DNA of 63,743 nt, the filler included, from Caldilineae bacterium (GTDB lineage Bacteria; Chloroflexota; Anaerolineae; DTLA01): the NCBI GenBank assembly GCA_037446815.1. It is 7 parts of 5 records of this genome, joined end to end, with 100 filler letters (N's around TTAATTAATTAA, not from the genome) between each part and the next. Parts side by side here need not be neighbours in the genome. Positions count along the whole stretch, not along the records: positions 2,723 to 10,362 come from JBBIHX010000002.1; positions 10,463 to 28,471 come from JBBIHX010000002.1; 5 more parts are not named here. The stretch is one strand, 5' to 3'. Positions 9,853-19,679 of the stretch are shown piece by piece. The position numbers were made by a program, and so were the translations under genes. The notes under the pieces are model-generated. The model searched no databases. It saw only the letters and a list, made by a program, of their open reading frames with translations, and was not told the DNA's origin. Positions within the stretch are counted from its first letter, which is position 1. The number at the start of each line of letters is the position of its first letter.

Positions 9853-9950
9853 CGCAGCCTCCTTGATGCGAGATTATGTCAACTCTATGTTGCGCTGCGC
9901 CTTAGGACACCGCCTAATGTAGCACGAATTGGCGCAATTGGCAAGTGGGT

Positions 9951-9968
9951 TCGTGAAAGGCAGCACAA
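9951..9968. promoter_or_regulatory. Possible Rex-type operator TCGTGAA-AGGC-AGCACAA
   Basis: 11/14 match to TTGTGAA-N4-TTCACAA, ~100 bp upstream of the hfs operon. Confidence 0.35.
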
Positions 9969-10175
9969 ATTCGTGAGGCGATAGCGGGAGAGGCTGGCGG
10001 GGAAGGCTAGCGCGGTTGCGGCGGCCACAAACAGGCGCCTAGCGTCTTCACGGCCAGGCGCGGGCAGAAGCAGCAGAGAGGAACCGCCGAACAGGACTCT
10101 TGGCGGCGACACGACGAGGCAAGGCAACGCCCTTGTTGCCTTTGGGCAGACTACCGCGCCGCCAGAGTGGATGAT

Positions 10176-10362
10176 TTACTTCAACATCGCCCAGGCCCCG
10201 CCCAGAGCGGCAGCCGCGACGAGGTTGAGAATGGCCGCTACGGGGCTGCCCAACGCGAAGTCTATCACCGTGTACAGCACGGCCAGGCCCGCGCCGAGCA
10301 AGAGGCCTGTCTTGGCCGAGGCGATGTTGCCCTTGCGCAACGGCTCATAGGCCAACCCCAGG
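10176..10362 (-). CDS. Membrane protein, 3' end (contig-truncated)
   Basis: LGLAYEPLRKG...GLLLGAGLAVLYTVIDFALGSPVAAILNLVAAAALGGAWAMLK* read manually; hairpin 10121-10142 downstream. Confidence 0.55.
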
Positions 10363-10462
10363 NNNNNNNNNNNNNNNNNNNNNNNNNNNNNNNNNNNNNN
10401 NNNNNNTTAATTAATTAANNNNNNNNNNNNNNNNNNNNNNNNNNNNNNNNNNNNNNNNNNNN

Positions 10463-11094
10463 TGCAGCGCAAACGTCCTGAGGTACCCCGCGGACGGCAC
10501 CAGATAGCCATAGAAGTAGTCCGTAACGCCCCGCAGCCGGTACACGGTGAGGTAGTCCTTCGTGCGGTAGCGCAACAGGCGGACCTTGTCCTCGTAGCCC
10601 TGGCTCCGGAACACAGCGACTGCCTCGCTCAAAGGAAGCCGCTCCTTGACAATCGGCTCATCCGCCTCCGCGATCTCGCGCATCCGGGCCTCAAGCCGAG
10701 CCAGTTCGTCTTCACTCAGAGGCCCTCGGCCAATGAGTCGGCAATAGAGGCCGGACAGCGTCAGCGAGTGATCCACGAACACCTGCGCTTCGGGGAACAA
10801 CTCGTGGGCGGCCACGACAAGCAGAAACGACAGCGAGCGCTGCAGGATGCGCAGCCCATCGCTGGTGGCCGTCGTCAACGGAATCACCTCGGAATCATGA
10901 TTCACGGGTGAGCACAAGTCGCGGATCTCGCGATTCACCAGGGCCGCCACCACGGGCGCATCCTGTGGATTGCAGGCAACTCGTATGAATTCCTCAAGCC
11001 GCGTGCCCACCGGGCCCTCAAAGGTGCGCCCGTCGGGCAGATGGACTTGCACCGTGTTGCGAGGTCGGGCCTCGCGGATTGCACTCGCCGTCAT
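10463..11094 (-). CDS. Nucleoside (uridine) kinase with ThrRS-like N-terminal domains, 5' part
   Basis: TGS-like start; DGLRILQRSLSF, DHSL..GLYC, DYFYGYLVPSAGYL; AGGAG RBS. Confidence 0.75.
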
Positions 11095-11319
11095 TGCGCT
11101 CCTAACGGATACGGCGGGGACACCTGGGCCGCAGTGTGTCCGTCGCCGCGGGATTCCAGCGAAGTATAATCCACCCGACAAGGTTGAGCAAAACGCGCCG
11201 CCGAACGCGTGAAAAAGGGCTCGCGGCCGCCCCATGCCACCCCGTGCCACCGCCCAGTTCGGCGCCCGAGTCCGCTCTCGCCTCCCGCCATTATGAGCGG
11301 CGACGGATGGGGTGCATTG

Positions 11320-11481
11320 CGTGCGACGCACCTCGGAGGTGCGTCGCACGTTGAGCGCATGCCTCTATTCGCGTAGATTCGCGTTATTCGCGATTCCCAA
11401 ACCGTCATTCTGACGCGCAAAGCGCCGAACAATCTCGCCTCCTTCCGTGCAATCCGTGTTATCCGTGGATGCAGCCGAAAC
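11320..11481. repeat. Mosaic of short palindromic/intergenic repeats
   Basis: gtgcgacgcacctcggaggtgcgtcgcac (also ~28965, ~40113); attcgcg triplets; gtcattctga; atccgtg repeats. Confidence 0.6.
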
Positions 11482-11500
11482 GCGCGCCGTCGTCACAGAC

Positions 11501-11529
11501 TTGCCCCCACACCGGCGCGGCGGTATAAT
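11501..11529 (+). promoter_or_regulatory. sigma70 promoter TTGCCC-N17-TATAAT
   Basis: Directly upstream of lepB. Confidence 0.65.
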
Positions 11530-11557
11530 CCGGCAAACACACGCCGGAGAAATCGCC

Positions 11558-12133
11558 ATGGTGGATTCGGACCCATCCCCACAGAACACCGCGCCACCCC
11601 CAGAACGCGCCACATCGTGGCTGCGCGAAGCCGCCGAAACCATCATTCTCGCCGTAGTCATCTTCTTGCTGCTGCAACTGGTGGTCAGAAACTTCCGCAT
11701 CGTCGGCGACAGCATGTTCCCAACCCTGGAAAGCGGGCAGTTCCTGCTCGTGGAGCGGGTGAGTTACCGCTTTTCGGAACCCAAGCGCGGCGACATCATC
11801 ATCTTTGAGTACCCGCGCGCCCCCCAGGAGGATTTCGTCAAGCGCGTCATCGGCCTCCCTGGCGAGACGGTGGAGATCACCGGCGGGGACGTGTACATCA
11901 ACGGCGCCTTGCTGGAAGAACCCTACGTGCACGGGCAGCGCACGCTGGCGTACCGCCCCATTAGCATCACCCTGGGGCCGGACGAGTACTTCGTCATGGG
12001 CGACAACCGCAACGCCAGCAGCGACTCGCGCACCTGGGGGCCATTGCCGCGCCACAACATCATCGGCCGCGCCTGGCTCTGCTATTGGCCGCCCTCTCGC
12101 TGGGGTTTCGTTCGCTCCGCGGCGTATCCCTGA
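11558..12133 (+). CDS. lepB: Signal peptidase I
   Basis: GDSMFPTL (Ser), FVKRVIGLPGE (Lys), GDNRNASSDSR. Confidence 0.95.
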   Translation: MVDSDPSPQNTAPPPERATSWLREAAETIILAVVIFLLLQLVVRNFRIVGDSMFPTLESGQFLLVERVSYRFSEPKRGDIIIFEYPRAPQEDFVKRVIGLPGETVEITGGDVYINGALLEEPYVHGQRTLAYRPISITLGPDEYFVMGDNRNASSDSRTWGPLPRHNIIGRAWLCYWPPSRWGFVRSAAYP

Positions 12134-12192
12134 CCGCAGCCTTGCGCCAACGTTCGCACCGTTGCAGAGAACGGTGAAACGACGCTCCGAAC

Positions 12193-12221
12193 TTGCCAGG
12201 CAGCCAAGACGGGGTTATAAT
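12193..12221 (+). promoter_or_regulatory. sigma70 promoter TTGCCA-N17-TATAAT for the fumarase-Hdr-Frd operon
   Basis: Consensus boxes ~160 nt before the fumarase ATG. Confidence 0.65.
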
Positions 12222-12381
12222 ACTGGTTAGGAATTGGAGACAAGGTGCTGGCAACGGTGCTAACCAACGACATGGGACTCACAAATCCATCCAGTTGCGA
12301 GATTCGTACAAGAGTGGCCTGAGGACGTGGGATACCTGCGCTCTCAGGCCTTATTCATTGCCAATGGCATCGGAGACGCAC

Positions 12382-13227
12382 ATGAGAGAAATCCATTACG
12401 ACACCATTGTTGAGGCCGTGGAGCGGCTCTGCATGGAATCCAACTACTTCCTGGGCGACGACGTCATCGCCTCGGTCCAGCGGGCGCTGGAGCGCGAGGA
12501 GTCGCCGGTGGGCAGGGAGATTCTGCAGGAAATCCTGGAAAACGCCCGCATCGCCCGCGAGGACGAGGTTCCCCTGTGCCAGGACTGCGGGTACGCGGTC
12601 GCCTTTGTGGACCTCGGGCAAGATGTCCACATCGTCGGCGGCGACTTCAACGAGGCCATCGCCGAAGGCGTGCGCCGAGGATACACCAAAGGCTACCTGC
12701 GCAAGTCGGTGGTGGCGCACCCGTACTCCAGCCGCGTCAACACGAAGGACAACACGCCGCCGGTCATCCACGTGCGCGTCGTCCCCGGCGACACCTTGCG
12801 CATCACCCTGGCGCCCAAGGGCGGCGGCAGCGAGAACATGAGCGCGCTCGGCATGTTGAAACCCGCCGATGGGCGAGAAGGCGTCATCAAGTTCGTCGTG
12901 GAAACCGTCCGCAAGGCCGGGGCCAACCCTTGCCCGCCCATCATCGTCGGCGTGGGAATCGGCGGCACCGCCGAGCAAGCCATGCTTCTGGCCAAGCGGT
13001 CGCTCCTGCGCGAAGTGGGCCAGCCGAGCGACAACCCCGAAGACGCCGCGTTGGAGGCCGACATACTGACCCGCGTGAACAAACTCGGCATCGGGCCGCA
13101 GGGCCTGGGTGGGCGCATCACGGCCCTGGCGGTCCAAGTGCTCAGCCAGCCGTGCCACATCGCCAGTTTGCCCGTGGCCGTCAACATCCAGTGCCACAGC
13201 GCGCGGCACAAGGAAGTCGTTCTGTAG
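12382..13227 (+). CDS. Class I Fe-S fumarate hydratase, alpha subunit
   Basis: PLCQDCG, KGGGSEN, NPCPP, CHIASLPVAVNIQCH. Confidence 0.92.
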   Translation: MREIHYDTIVEAVERLCMESNYFLGDDVIASVQRALEREESPVGREILQEILENARIAREDEVPLCQDCGYAVAFVDLGQDVHIVGGDFNEAIAEGVRRGYTKGYLRKSVVAHPYSSRVNTKDNTPPVIHVRVVPGDTLRITLAPKGGGSENMSALGMLKPADGREGVIKFVVETVRKAGANPCPPIIVGVGIGGTAEQAMLLAKRSLLREVGQPSDNPEDAALEADILTRVNKLGIGPQGLGGRITALAVQVLSQPCHIASLPVAVNIQCHSARHKEVVL

Positions 13228-13247
13228 GCAGCGGAGGACTGTGAGCC

Positions 13248-13796
13248 ATGAGAATCCACACACCCTTGACCGATGAGGTCGTCGCAAGCCTTCGTGCGGG
13301 GCAGAAAGTGCTCATTTCGGGCGTCATCTACGTGGCGCGCGATGCCGCGCACAAGCGAATCGTAGAGGCCATGGACGCGGGCACGCCGCTCCCGTTGGAA
13401 CTCCAGGGGCAAATCATCTACTACATGGGGCCGGCCCCCGCCAAGCCGGGCCAGCCCATCGGCTCCGCGGGCCCCACCACGTCGTACCGCATGGATCCCT
13501 ACACCCCGCGCCTGCTTGCCGCCGGGCTGAAGGGCATGATCGGCAAAGGCAACCGCTCCCAGGAAGTCAAAGACGCCATTCGGAAGTATCGCGCCGTCTA
13601 CTTCGCAGCCACGGGTGGCGCGGGCGCGCTCATCGCGAAGTCGGTCAAGAAGGCGCAGGTCATCGCCTACGAAGACCTGGGGGCCGAGGCGCTGTTGAGG
13701 CTAGAGGTGGAGGATTTCCCCGCTACCGTCATCAACGACATCTACGGAGGCGACGCATACGAAGATGGCGTGCGACAGTACGCCATCCCAGACTAG
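13248..13796 (+). CDS. Class I Fe-S fumarate hydratase, beta subunit
   Basis: ARDAAHKR, GPTTSYRMD, MIGKG. Confidence 0.92.
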   Translation: MRIHTPLTDEVVASLRAGQKVLISGVIYVARDAAHKRIVEAMDAGTPLPLELQGQIIYYMGPAPAKPGQPIGSAGPTTSYRMDPYTPRLLAAGLKGMIGKGNRSQEVKDAIRKYRAVYFAATGGAGALIAKSVKKAQVIAYEDLGAEALLRLEVEDFPATVINDIYGGDAYEDGVRQYAIPD

Positions 13797-13808
13797 AGCG
13801 GAGGCGCC

Positions 13809-14216
13809 ATGCGAATTCGGCTGTCGGCTGCGAAAGTTCACAACGACTTCATCCGCAAAGTGGAAGAGATGAGCGGGCAAGACCTGCTCAAGTGCTACCA
13901 GTGTGGCGAGTGCTCCGCCGGGTGCCCTGCGGCGTTCGCCATGGACCTCCTGCCCAACCAGGTGATTCGCCTCCTCCAGTTGGGCGAGTATGACACGGTG
14001 CTCCAGTCCAAAACCATTTGGCTTTGCGCAGCGTGCCAGCAGTGCTACACCCGCTGCCCCAAGGGCGTGGACTTGTCCCGCATCATGGAGGTCTTGCGCG
14101 ACTTGCTGATGTTGGAGCAGGGCGACAAGATTGTCATAGAGAAACTCCCCGCCGAGACGCTTGCGGAGTTCCCCCAGCAGGCGTTCATCAGCGGCTTCAG
14201 AAAATACACGGCCTAG
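13809..14216 (+). CDS. hdrC: Heterodisulfide reductase subunit C-like (copy 1)
   Basis: CYQCGECSAGCP and CAACQQCYTRCP. Confidence 0.88.
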   Translation: MRIRLSAAKVHNDFIRKVEEMSGQDLLKCYQCGECSAGCPAAFAMDLLPNQVIRLLQLGEYDTVLQSKTIWLCAACQQCYTRCPKGVDLSRIMEVLRDLLMLEQGDKIVIEKLPAETLAEFPQQAFISGFRKYTA

Positions 14217-14235
14217 CAAACGGTGAGGTGCGGGC

Positions 14236-15105
14236 ATGAGAATTCCCTACTATCCCGGCTGCACCCTCAACACCAAGGCGAAGGGGTTTGATCGGGCTGC
14301 GAGACAGTCCTTTGCCGCCCTCGGCATTGAGTTGGCGGAGTTGGCGTCGTGGAACTGCTGCGGCGCCACCTTCCCGCTGAGCCGCGACAACCTGCTGGAC
14401 CTGGCGGGCCCGGTGCGCAACCTGGTCAGCGCCGCGGCAGAGGGCGACAAACTCGCCGTCGCCTGCTCCACCTGCTTCAACGTGCTAAAGCGCTCCAACC
14501 TCGTCATGCGGAACGAAGAGGACAAGCGCGAGAAAATCAACTTCTTCATTGAGGCCGACTATGCCGGCCAGGTGGAAGTCGTCCACCTGTTGGAGGTGCT
14601 CCGCGACGAGGTGGGGTGGGACACCCTGGCCAAGGCCGTGAAGAAAGACCTCAGCGCGCTGGCGGTAGCCCCGTACTACGGCTGCATGTTCCTCCGCCCG
14701 CCCAGGGAAATGGGGTTTGACAATCACGAGAACCCCCAGATTCTGGAGAACTTCATCCGCGCCCTGGGGGCCCAGGTAGCCGACTACCCCCACCGCGCCG
14801 AATGCTGCGGCAACTACATCGCCGCGTTTGACCTGGACACAACGCAAGAGATGTCGTACCTCATCCTGGCCTCGGCGCGGAAGGCGAGCGCAGACCTTAT
14901 CGTTACCAGTTGCCCCTTGTGCCAGTTCAACCTTGACCGCTGGCAGCAGGACTTGGCCATGAAGCACGGCGGGTTCCGCCCCATCCCCGTCCTGTACGAC
15001 TCGCAGTTGCTGGCCATCGCGCTGGGGCTGGACGTTACGCCTTTTGACCTGGACAGGCATTACGTTGATCCTCGGCCCGTCCTGGCCGAGAAGGGGCTCA
15101 TCTAG
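14236..15105 (+). CDS. hdrB: Heterodisulfide reductase subunit B-like (copy 1)
   Basis: Two complete CCG domains (YYPGC/WNCCG/ACSTC; YYGC/ECCG/SCPLC). Confidence 0.9.
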   Translation: MRIPYYPGCTLNTKAKGFDRAARQSFAALGIELAELASWNCCGATFPLSRDNLLDLAGPVRNLVSAAAEGDKLAVACSTCFNVLKRSNLVMRNEEDKREKINFFIEADYAGQVEVVHLLEVLRDEVGWDTLAKAVKKDLSALAVAPYYGCMFLRPPREMGFDNHENPQILENFIRALGAQVADYPHRAECCGNYIAAFDLDTTQEMSYLILASARKASADLIVTSCPLCQFNLDRWQQDLAMKHGGFRPIPVLYDSQLLAIALGLDVTPFDLDRHYVDPRPVLAEKGLI

Positions 15106-15116
15106 GGAGACATACC

Positions 15117-16475
15117 GTGTCGGAAGACAAAGCGCCCATCACGCGAGTCCTTATCATAGGCGCCGGAATCGCAGGCATCCAGGCGGCATTGGACATCGCC
15201 AACTCAGGGTACGAGGTCGTCCTGGTGGAGCGCGAACCCTCCATCGGCGGGCGGATGCTGCAACTGTCCGAGACATTCCCCACCCTGGACTGCGCCCAGT
15301 GCATCCTGACGCCCCGCACCGTGGAGGCCGGCCACCATGAGCGCATCCGCCTCATGACTTTCTCCGAAGTTACCGGCATCACCGGCGACATCGGCCACTT
15401 CACGGCAACCGTGCAGCGCAAGCCCGCCTCGGTCAACTGGGACGTGTGCACCGGGTGCGGTCTGTGCCAGGAGAAATGTCCCACCAAGGTAACCTCGCCC
15501 TTTGACCGCGGGATGGGCAAGCGCAAAGCCATCTACACCCTATCGCCCCAGGCCGTCCCGAACAAGCCCGTCATAGACCGCGAGGCGTGCACCTGGTTCA
15601 CGCGCGGCAAGTGCCGCCTCTGCGAGAAGGTCTGCCCCGTCCACGCCATTGACTACGAGCAGCAGGCAAGCACCACCCAGGTAGAAGTCGGCGCGGTCAT
15701 CATCGCGACCGGCTACACACTGTATGGGCTGGAGAACCTGGGCGAATACGGATACGGCCAGGTGCCCGACGTGGTGGATGGGCTGGCGTTTGAGCGCCTG
15801 CTGTCGGCCTCTGGCCCCACGGCGGGCAAGGTGCGGCGGCCGTCCGACGGCAAAGAGCCGAAGCAGGTCGTGTTCATCCAGTGCGCAGGTTCCCGCGCGC
15901 CCGAAACGGCCATGCCCTATTGCTCCAAGATTTGCTGCATGTACACGGCCAAGCATGCCATGCTGTACAAGCACCGCGTGCACGACGGCACGGCGTACAT
16001 CTTCTACATAGACGTGCGCGCGGCGGGCAAGCGCTACGAGGAATTCTACCACCGCGCTACGGAAGAAGACCGCGTGCTCTACGTTCGGGGCAAGGTGGCC
16101 CGCGTCTTCCGCGAAGGCGACCAAGTCGTGGTCTGGGGCTCCGACACGCTCAGTGGCGCGTCCGTGGAGATCGCAGCCGATATGGTCGTGCTGGCCCCGG
16201 CCATGATCCCCCACCCCGAGACCCTGCGCTTGGCCGAAATGTTCGGCATCCCCGCTAACGAGTACGGATTCCTCCTGCCGGCGGAGGACAACATCCTGCC
16301 GGTGGAGACGGTGCGGCCAGGGGTGTTCGTGGCGGGAGCCGTCACCAGCCCCAAGGACATCCCCGAGACCGTGGCCCAGGCCAGCGCCGCCGCCGCCAAG
16401 GTCCTCGCGCTGTTCGCGCAGTGGAGTGGCGTTCCTGAGGCCATGGGAATCTCCGTCGGAGCGGACGCATCATGA
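15117..16475 (+). CDS. hdrA: HdrA-like flavoprotein, half 1 (inserted ferredoxin; no N-terminal or C-terminal Fe-S domain)
   Basis: GAGIAG, TFPTLDCAQC, 2x CxxCxxCxxxCP-type motifs, FER, YCSKICCMYTAK. Confidence 0.88.
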   Translation: MSEDKAPITRVLIIGAGIAGIQAALDIANSGYEVVLVEREPSIGGRMLQLSETFPTLDCAQCILTPRTVEAGHHERIRLMTFSEVTGITGDIGHFTATVQRKPASVNWDVCTGCGLCQEKCPTKVTSPFDRGMGKRKAIYTLSPQAVPNKPVIDREACTWFTRGKCRLCEKVCPVHAIDYEQQASTTQVEVGAVIIATGYTLYGLENLGEYGYGQVPDVVDGLAFERLLSASGPTAGKVRRPSDGKEPKQVVFIQCAGSRAPETAMPYCSKICCMYTAKHAMLYKHRVHDGTAYIFYIDVRAAGKRYEEFYHRATEEDRVLYVRGKVARVFREGDQVVVWGSDTLSGASVEIAADMVVLAPAMIPHPETLRLAEMFGIPANEYGFLLPAEDNILPVETVRPGVFVAGAVTSPKDIPETVAQASAAAAKVLALFAQWSGVPEAMGISVGADAS

Positions 16476-18199
16476 AGCGGATTGGCGTATTCATTTGCCA
16501 CTGTGGCATCAACATCGCGGGCACGGTGGACGTGAAGCGCGTCGCCGAGGCGATCAGGGACTACCCGGGCGTTGTCCTCGCCACCGACTACATGTACATG
16601 TGCTCCGACCCCGGGCAGTCGCTGATTCGCCAGTCCATCAAGGACGAGCATCTTGAGGGCGTCGTGGTGGCCGCGTGCAGCCCGGCCATGCACGAAACCA
16701 CCTTCCGCAAAGCGTCGGCCCAGGCCGGCCTCAACCCCTACCAGACCGAAATCGCCAACATCCGCGAGCAGGTGTCCTGGGTGCACCAGCAGGACAAAGA
16801 GGCCGCGACCCAAAAGGCCATTGAGCACATCAAGACCATCGTGGAGAAGGTCAGATATAACGAGTCCCTCATCCCGCTGGCCCTCTCATTGGTGAAGAAA
16901 ACCCTCGTCATCGGCGGCGGCATCGCGGGACTCCAGGCCGCCATAGACATCGCATCCGCGGGTTACCCGGTCGTGCTCGTAGAGCGCTCCAACCGCCTCG
17001 GCGGGCACGTGGCCCAACTGTCAGGCGTGTACGTCAACTTTGACGCCGCGCGCGACCTGCTTCAGTCCAAATTGCGGGCCGTCCAAGAAAACCCGCGCAT
17101 CAAGGTCTTCCTCCAGACGGAGGTAGAAGAACTCGGCGGGTACGTGGGGAACTTCACGGCCAGGCTCAAGCACACCGCCGACGGACAAATCACCTACTCC
17201 GAGCAAGCCTTCGGCGCGGTCGTCGTCGCCACGGGCCACTCCCTGCGCCCCCTGGCCATGTTCGGCGAGTACGGCGGCGGGCGCTATCCGGACATCATTG
17301 ACGCGCTGACCTTTGAGCGGATGCTCGCCCCCGATGGCCCCACAGGCGGCCAAATCCGCCGGCCCTCCGACGGCCAGGTGCCGCGCCAGGTGGTGTTCGT
17401 GCAGTGCGCAGGCTCCCGCGACCCGGAGCACCACATGCCCTACTGCTCCAAAATCTGCTGCATGTACACCGCCAAGCAGGCGGCTCTTTACCGCCAGCGG
17501 GTGCCCGATGGACAGGCCTACGTGTTCTACATAGACATCCGCTCGCAAGGACGCGACTACGAGGAATTCGTCCAGTCGGCCATGACCCAGCACGACGTGC
17601 TGTACATCCGCGGCAAGGTGGCCCGGCTGTACGAGGAAGACGGCAAGGTCATCGCCTGGGGAGCCGACACCTTGACCGGCAAGCCGATTGAGGTGGAGGC
17701 CGACTTGGTGGTCTTGGCGACGGCCATCATGCCCGCCGAGGGCGCGGTGGAGTTGGCGCAGAGACTGCGCATCGCCACCGACGAGCATGGCTTCTTCAGC
17801 GAAGCCCACCCGAAACTGCGCCCCGTGGAAAGCCTGACCGCCGGCATCTACCTCGCCGGAACCGCGCAAGCGCCCAAGGACATCCCTGAGACCGTCGCCC
17901 AGGCCAGCGCGGCGGCGGCCAAGGTGTTGTCCCTGTTCTCCCAGCGCCAGTTGGTCGCCGAGCCTACCATCGCTTACGTGGACGAGGAACTCTGTTCCGG
18001 GTGCGGGCTTTGCATACCCGCGTGCCCATACCAAGCGCGGGAGATGCATCCGTGGAAACACAAGGCCGTTGTCCACGAAGCCCTGTGCCAGGGGTGCGGG
18101 GCCTGTGTGGTCGCCTGCCCCAACAAGGCCTGCAAACTGCGCAACCTGACGCCCGGCCACGTGCTGGCGATGATGGACGCATATCTGGCGGAGGTCTAG
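16472..18199 (+). CDS. hdrA: HdrA-like flavoprotein, half 2 (N-terminal domain and C-terminal ferredoxin; no inserted ferredoxin)
   Basis: RIGVFICHCG, AACSP, GGGIAG, YCSKICCMYTAK, C-terminal 2x[4Fe-4S]. Confidence 0.88.
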   Translation: MKRIGVFICHCGINIAGTVDVKRVAEAIRDYPGVVLATDYMYMCSDPGQSLIRQSIKDEHLEGVVVAACSPAMHETTFRKASAQAGLNPYQTEIANIREQVSWVHQQDKEAATQKAIEHIKTIVEKVRYNESLIPLALSLVKKTLVIGGGIAGLQAAIDIASAGYPVVLVERSNRLGGHVAQLSGVYVNFDAARDLLQSKLRAVQENPRIKVFLQTEVEELGGYVGNFTARLKHTADGQITYSEQAFGAVVVATGHSLRPLAMFGEYGGGRYPDIIDALTFERMLAPDGPTGGQIRRPSDGQVPRQVVFVQCAGSRDPEHHMPYCSKICCMYTAKQAALYRQRVPDGQAYVFYIDIRSQGRDYEEFVQSAMTQHDVLYIRGKVARLYEEDGKVIAWGADTLTGKPIEVEADLVVLATAIMPAEGAVELAQRLRIATDEHGFFSEAHPKLRPVESLTAGIYLAGTAQAPKDIPETVAQASAAAAKVLSLFSQRQLVAEPTIAYVDEELCSGCGLCIPACPYQAREMHPWKHKAVVHEALCQGCGACVVACPNKACKLRNLTPGHVLAMMDAYLAEV

Positions 18200-18811
18200 A
18201 TGGCGACACAGGCAACGGTATCTGTGGCCCACACCGCAACGTCAAGCGCAACGCCTGCCGCCCGTGGCACCCTGCGGGTTGACCCGACGTTCCTGCGGAC
18301 TGTGGAAACCCTTAGCCACGAGAACATTCGGCTTTGCTACTACTGCCTGAAATGCACGGCGGGCTGCCCAACGGCCTACGCTATGGACTACGGCCCCGCG
18401 CACATCCTGAAACTGGTGCAGTTGGGCCAGAAGGACGAAGTCTTGCGCAGCAAGGCCATCTGGCTATGCGTTGGATGCGAGACCTGCTGGACGCGCTGCC
18501 CCAATGGCATCAGCGCGGGGCATGTGATGGACGCGCTCAAGCAGATGGCCTTGCGCGAAGGCTACGCGCCCGCAGAGCGCCGTGTGCTGGTGTTGCACCG
18601 CCAGTTCCTCACCAGCATTCGGCTTTTCGGGCGTGTCCATGAGTTGAGCATGTTGGCGCTATACAAACTCCTGAGCGGCGACCTGTTCACCGACCTTGAT
18701 TTGGGCGCCCGCATGTTCCTGCGAGGGAAAATCCCCATCCTGCCCGAACGAATCCGCGGCAGGGCCAAGATTCAGCAGTTGTTCAAACGACAAGCGCGAG
18801 GGCAAGGGTGA
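18200..18811 (+). CDS. hdrC: HdrC-like (copy 2)
   Basis: CYYCLKCTAGCP, CVGCETCWTRCP. Confidence 0.88.
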   Translation: MATQATVSVAHTATSSATPAARGTLRVDPTFLRTVETLSHENIRLCYYCLKCTAGCPTAYAMDYGPAHILKLVQLGQKDEVLRSKAIWLCVGCETCWTRCPNGISAGHVMDALKQMALREGYAPAERRVLVLHRQFLTSIRLFGRVHELSMLALYKLLSGDLFTDLDLGARMFLRGKIPILPERIRGRAKIQQLFKRQARGQG

Positions 18812-19662
18812 GATACTCGTACTATCCCGGCTGCACGCTGCACTCCACGGCAATTGAATATGGATGGTCCACCGAGGCCGTCTGCGACGCCCTGGGCATA
18901 GAACTCGTGGAGATAGAGGACTGGAACTGCTGCGGAGCCTCGTCGGCGCACTCGCTGGATCCGCGCCTGGCACTGACGTTGCCGACGCGAGACCTGATGC
19001 ATGTCCAGGCGCTCCAGGCGGACATCGTCATGCCGTGCGCCGCGTGCTACGGGCGCATCGCCGCCGCCGACCACAAGATGCGCACCGACCCGGCGTGGCG
19101 CAAGGAGATGGAGGCCGAGTTCCAGACCGCGTATATCGGCGCGGCGCGGCCCCGCACGCTGGTGGATGTCCTCGGCAACGACTTGCCCGCCGAGGCCCTG
19201 GCCGCCAAGGTCAAGCGCCCCCTCAACGGCCTGCGCACCGTCTCGTACTACGGCTGCCTTCTCATCCGTCCGCCCGACCTCACCAATCGGTGGGATGACC
19301 CCGAGCATCCTACCGTCATGGATCGCATCCTGCGGACCCTGGGGGCCGAGCCGCTGCCATGGGCGCACGCCGTGGAATGTTGCGGCGCGTCGCTGGCGCT
19401 GGACCGGGCCGACGTTGTCGCCGTGCTTTCCGGGCGCATTGTGCAAGGCGCAAATGACGCGGGCGCCGACTGCATCGTCTGCGCGTGCCCGCTGTGCCAG
19501 GCTAATCTGGACAGCCGACAGAAGGGCATCTCCCGCAAGGTTCCCGTGCTCTACCTGACAGAACTCATCGGCGTCGCGCTGGACCTTCCGGGGCGAACCA
19601 AGTGGCTCGCAAAGCACCTTGTTGACCCCAGGCCTCTTCTCAAAGCAAAGGGTCTGGAATAA
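18808..19662 (+). CDS. hdrB: HdrB-like (copy 2)
   Basis: Two complete CCG domains. Confidence 0.9.
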   Translation: MRYSYYPGCTLHSTAIEYGWSTEAVCDALGIELVEIEDWNCCGASSAHSLDPRLALTLPTRDLMHVQALQADIVMPCAACYGRIAAADHKMRTDPAWRKEMEAEFQTAYIGAARPRTLVDVLGNDLPAEALAAKVKRPLNGLRTVSYYGCLLIRPPDLTNRWDDPEHPTVMDRILRTLGAEPLPWAHAVECCGASLALDRADVVAVLSGRIVQGANDAGADCIVCACPLCQANLDSRQKGISRKVPVLYLTELIGVALDLPGRTKWLAKHLVDPRPLLKAKGLE

Positions 19663-19679
19663 GAGTTTGGGACTGAGCC

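Noticed and set aside
9853..10175. Cobalamin riboswitch ahead of the ECF/RACE-containing operon
   Set aside because: No B12-box or GCCACTG-type core recognisable on the minus strand.
10167..10418. Plus-strand ORF MDDLLQHR...
   Set aside because: The minus-strand frame gives a more plausible membrane-protein C-terminus.
11469..11506. Ninth promoter-targeted MITE end before lepB
   Set aside because: The TIR-like atgcagccgaaac ends 20 nt rather than 16 before the first base of the -35 and is degenerate; not counted.
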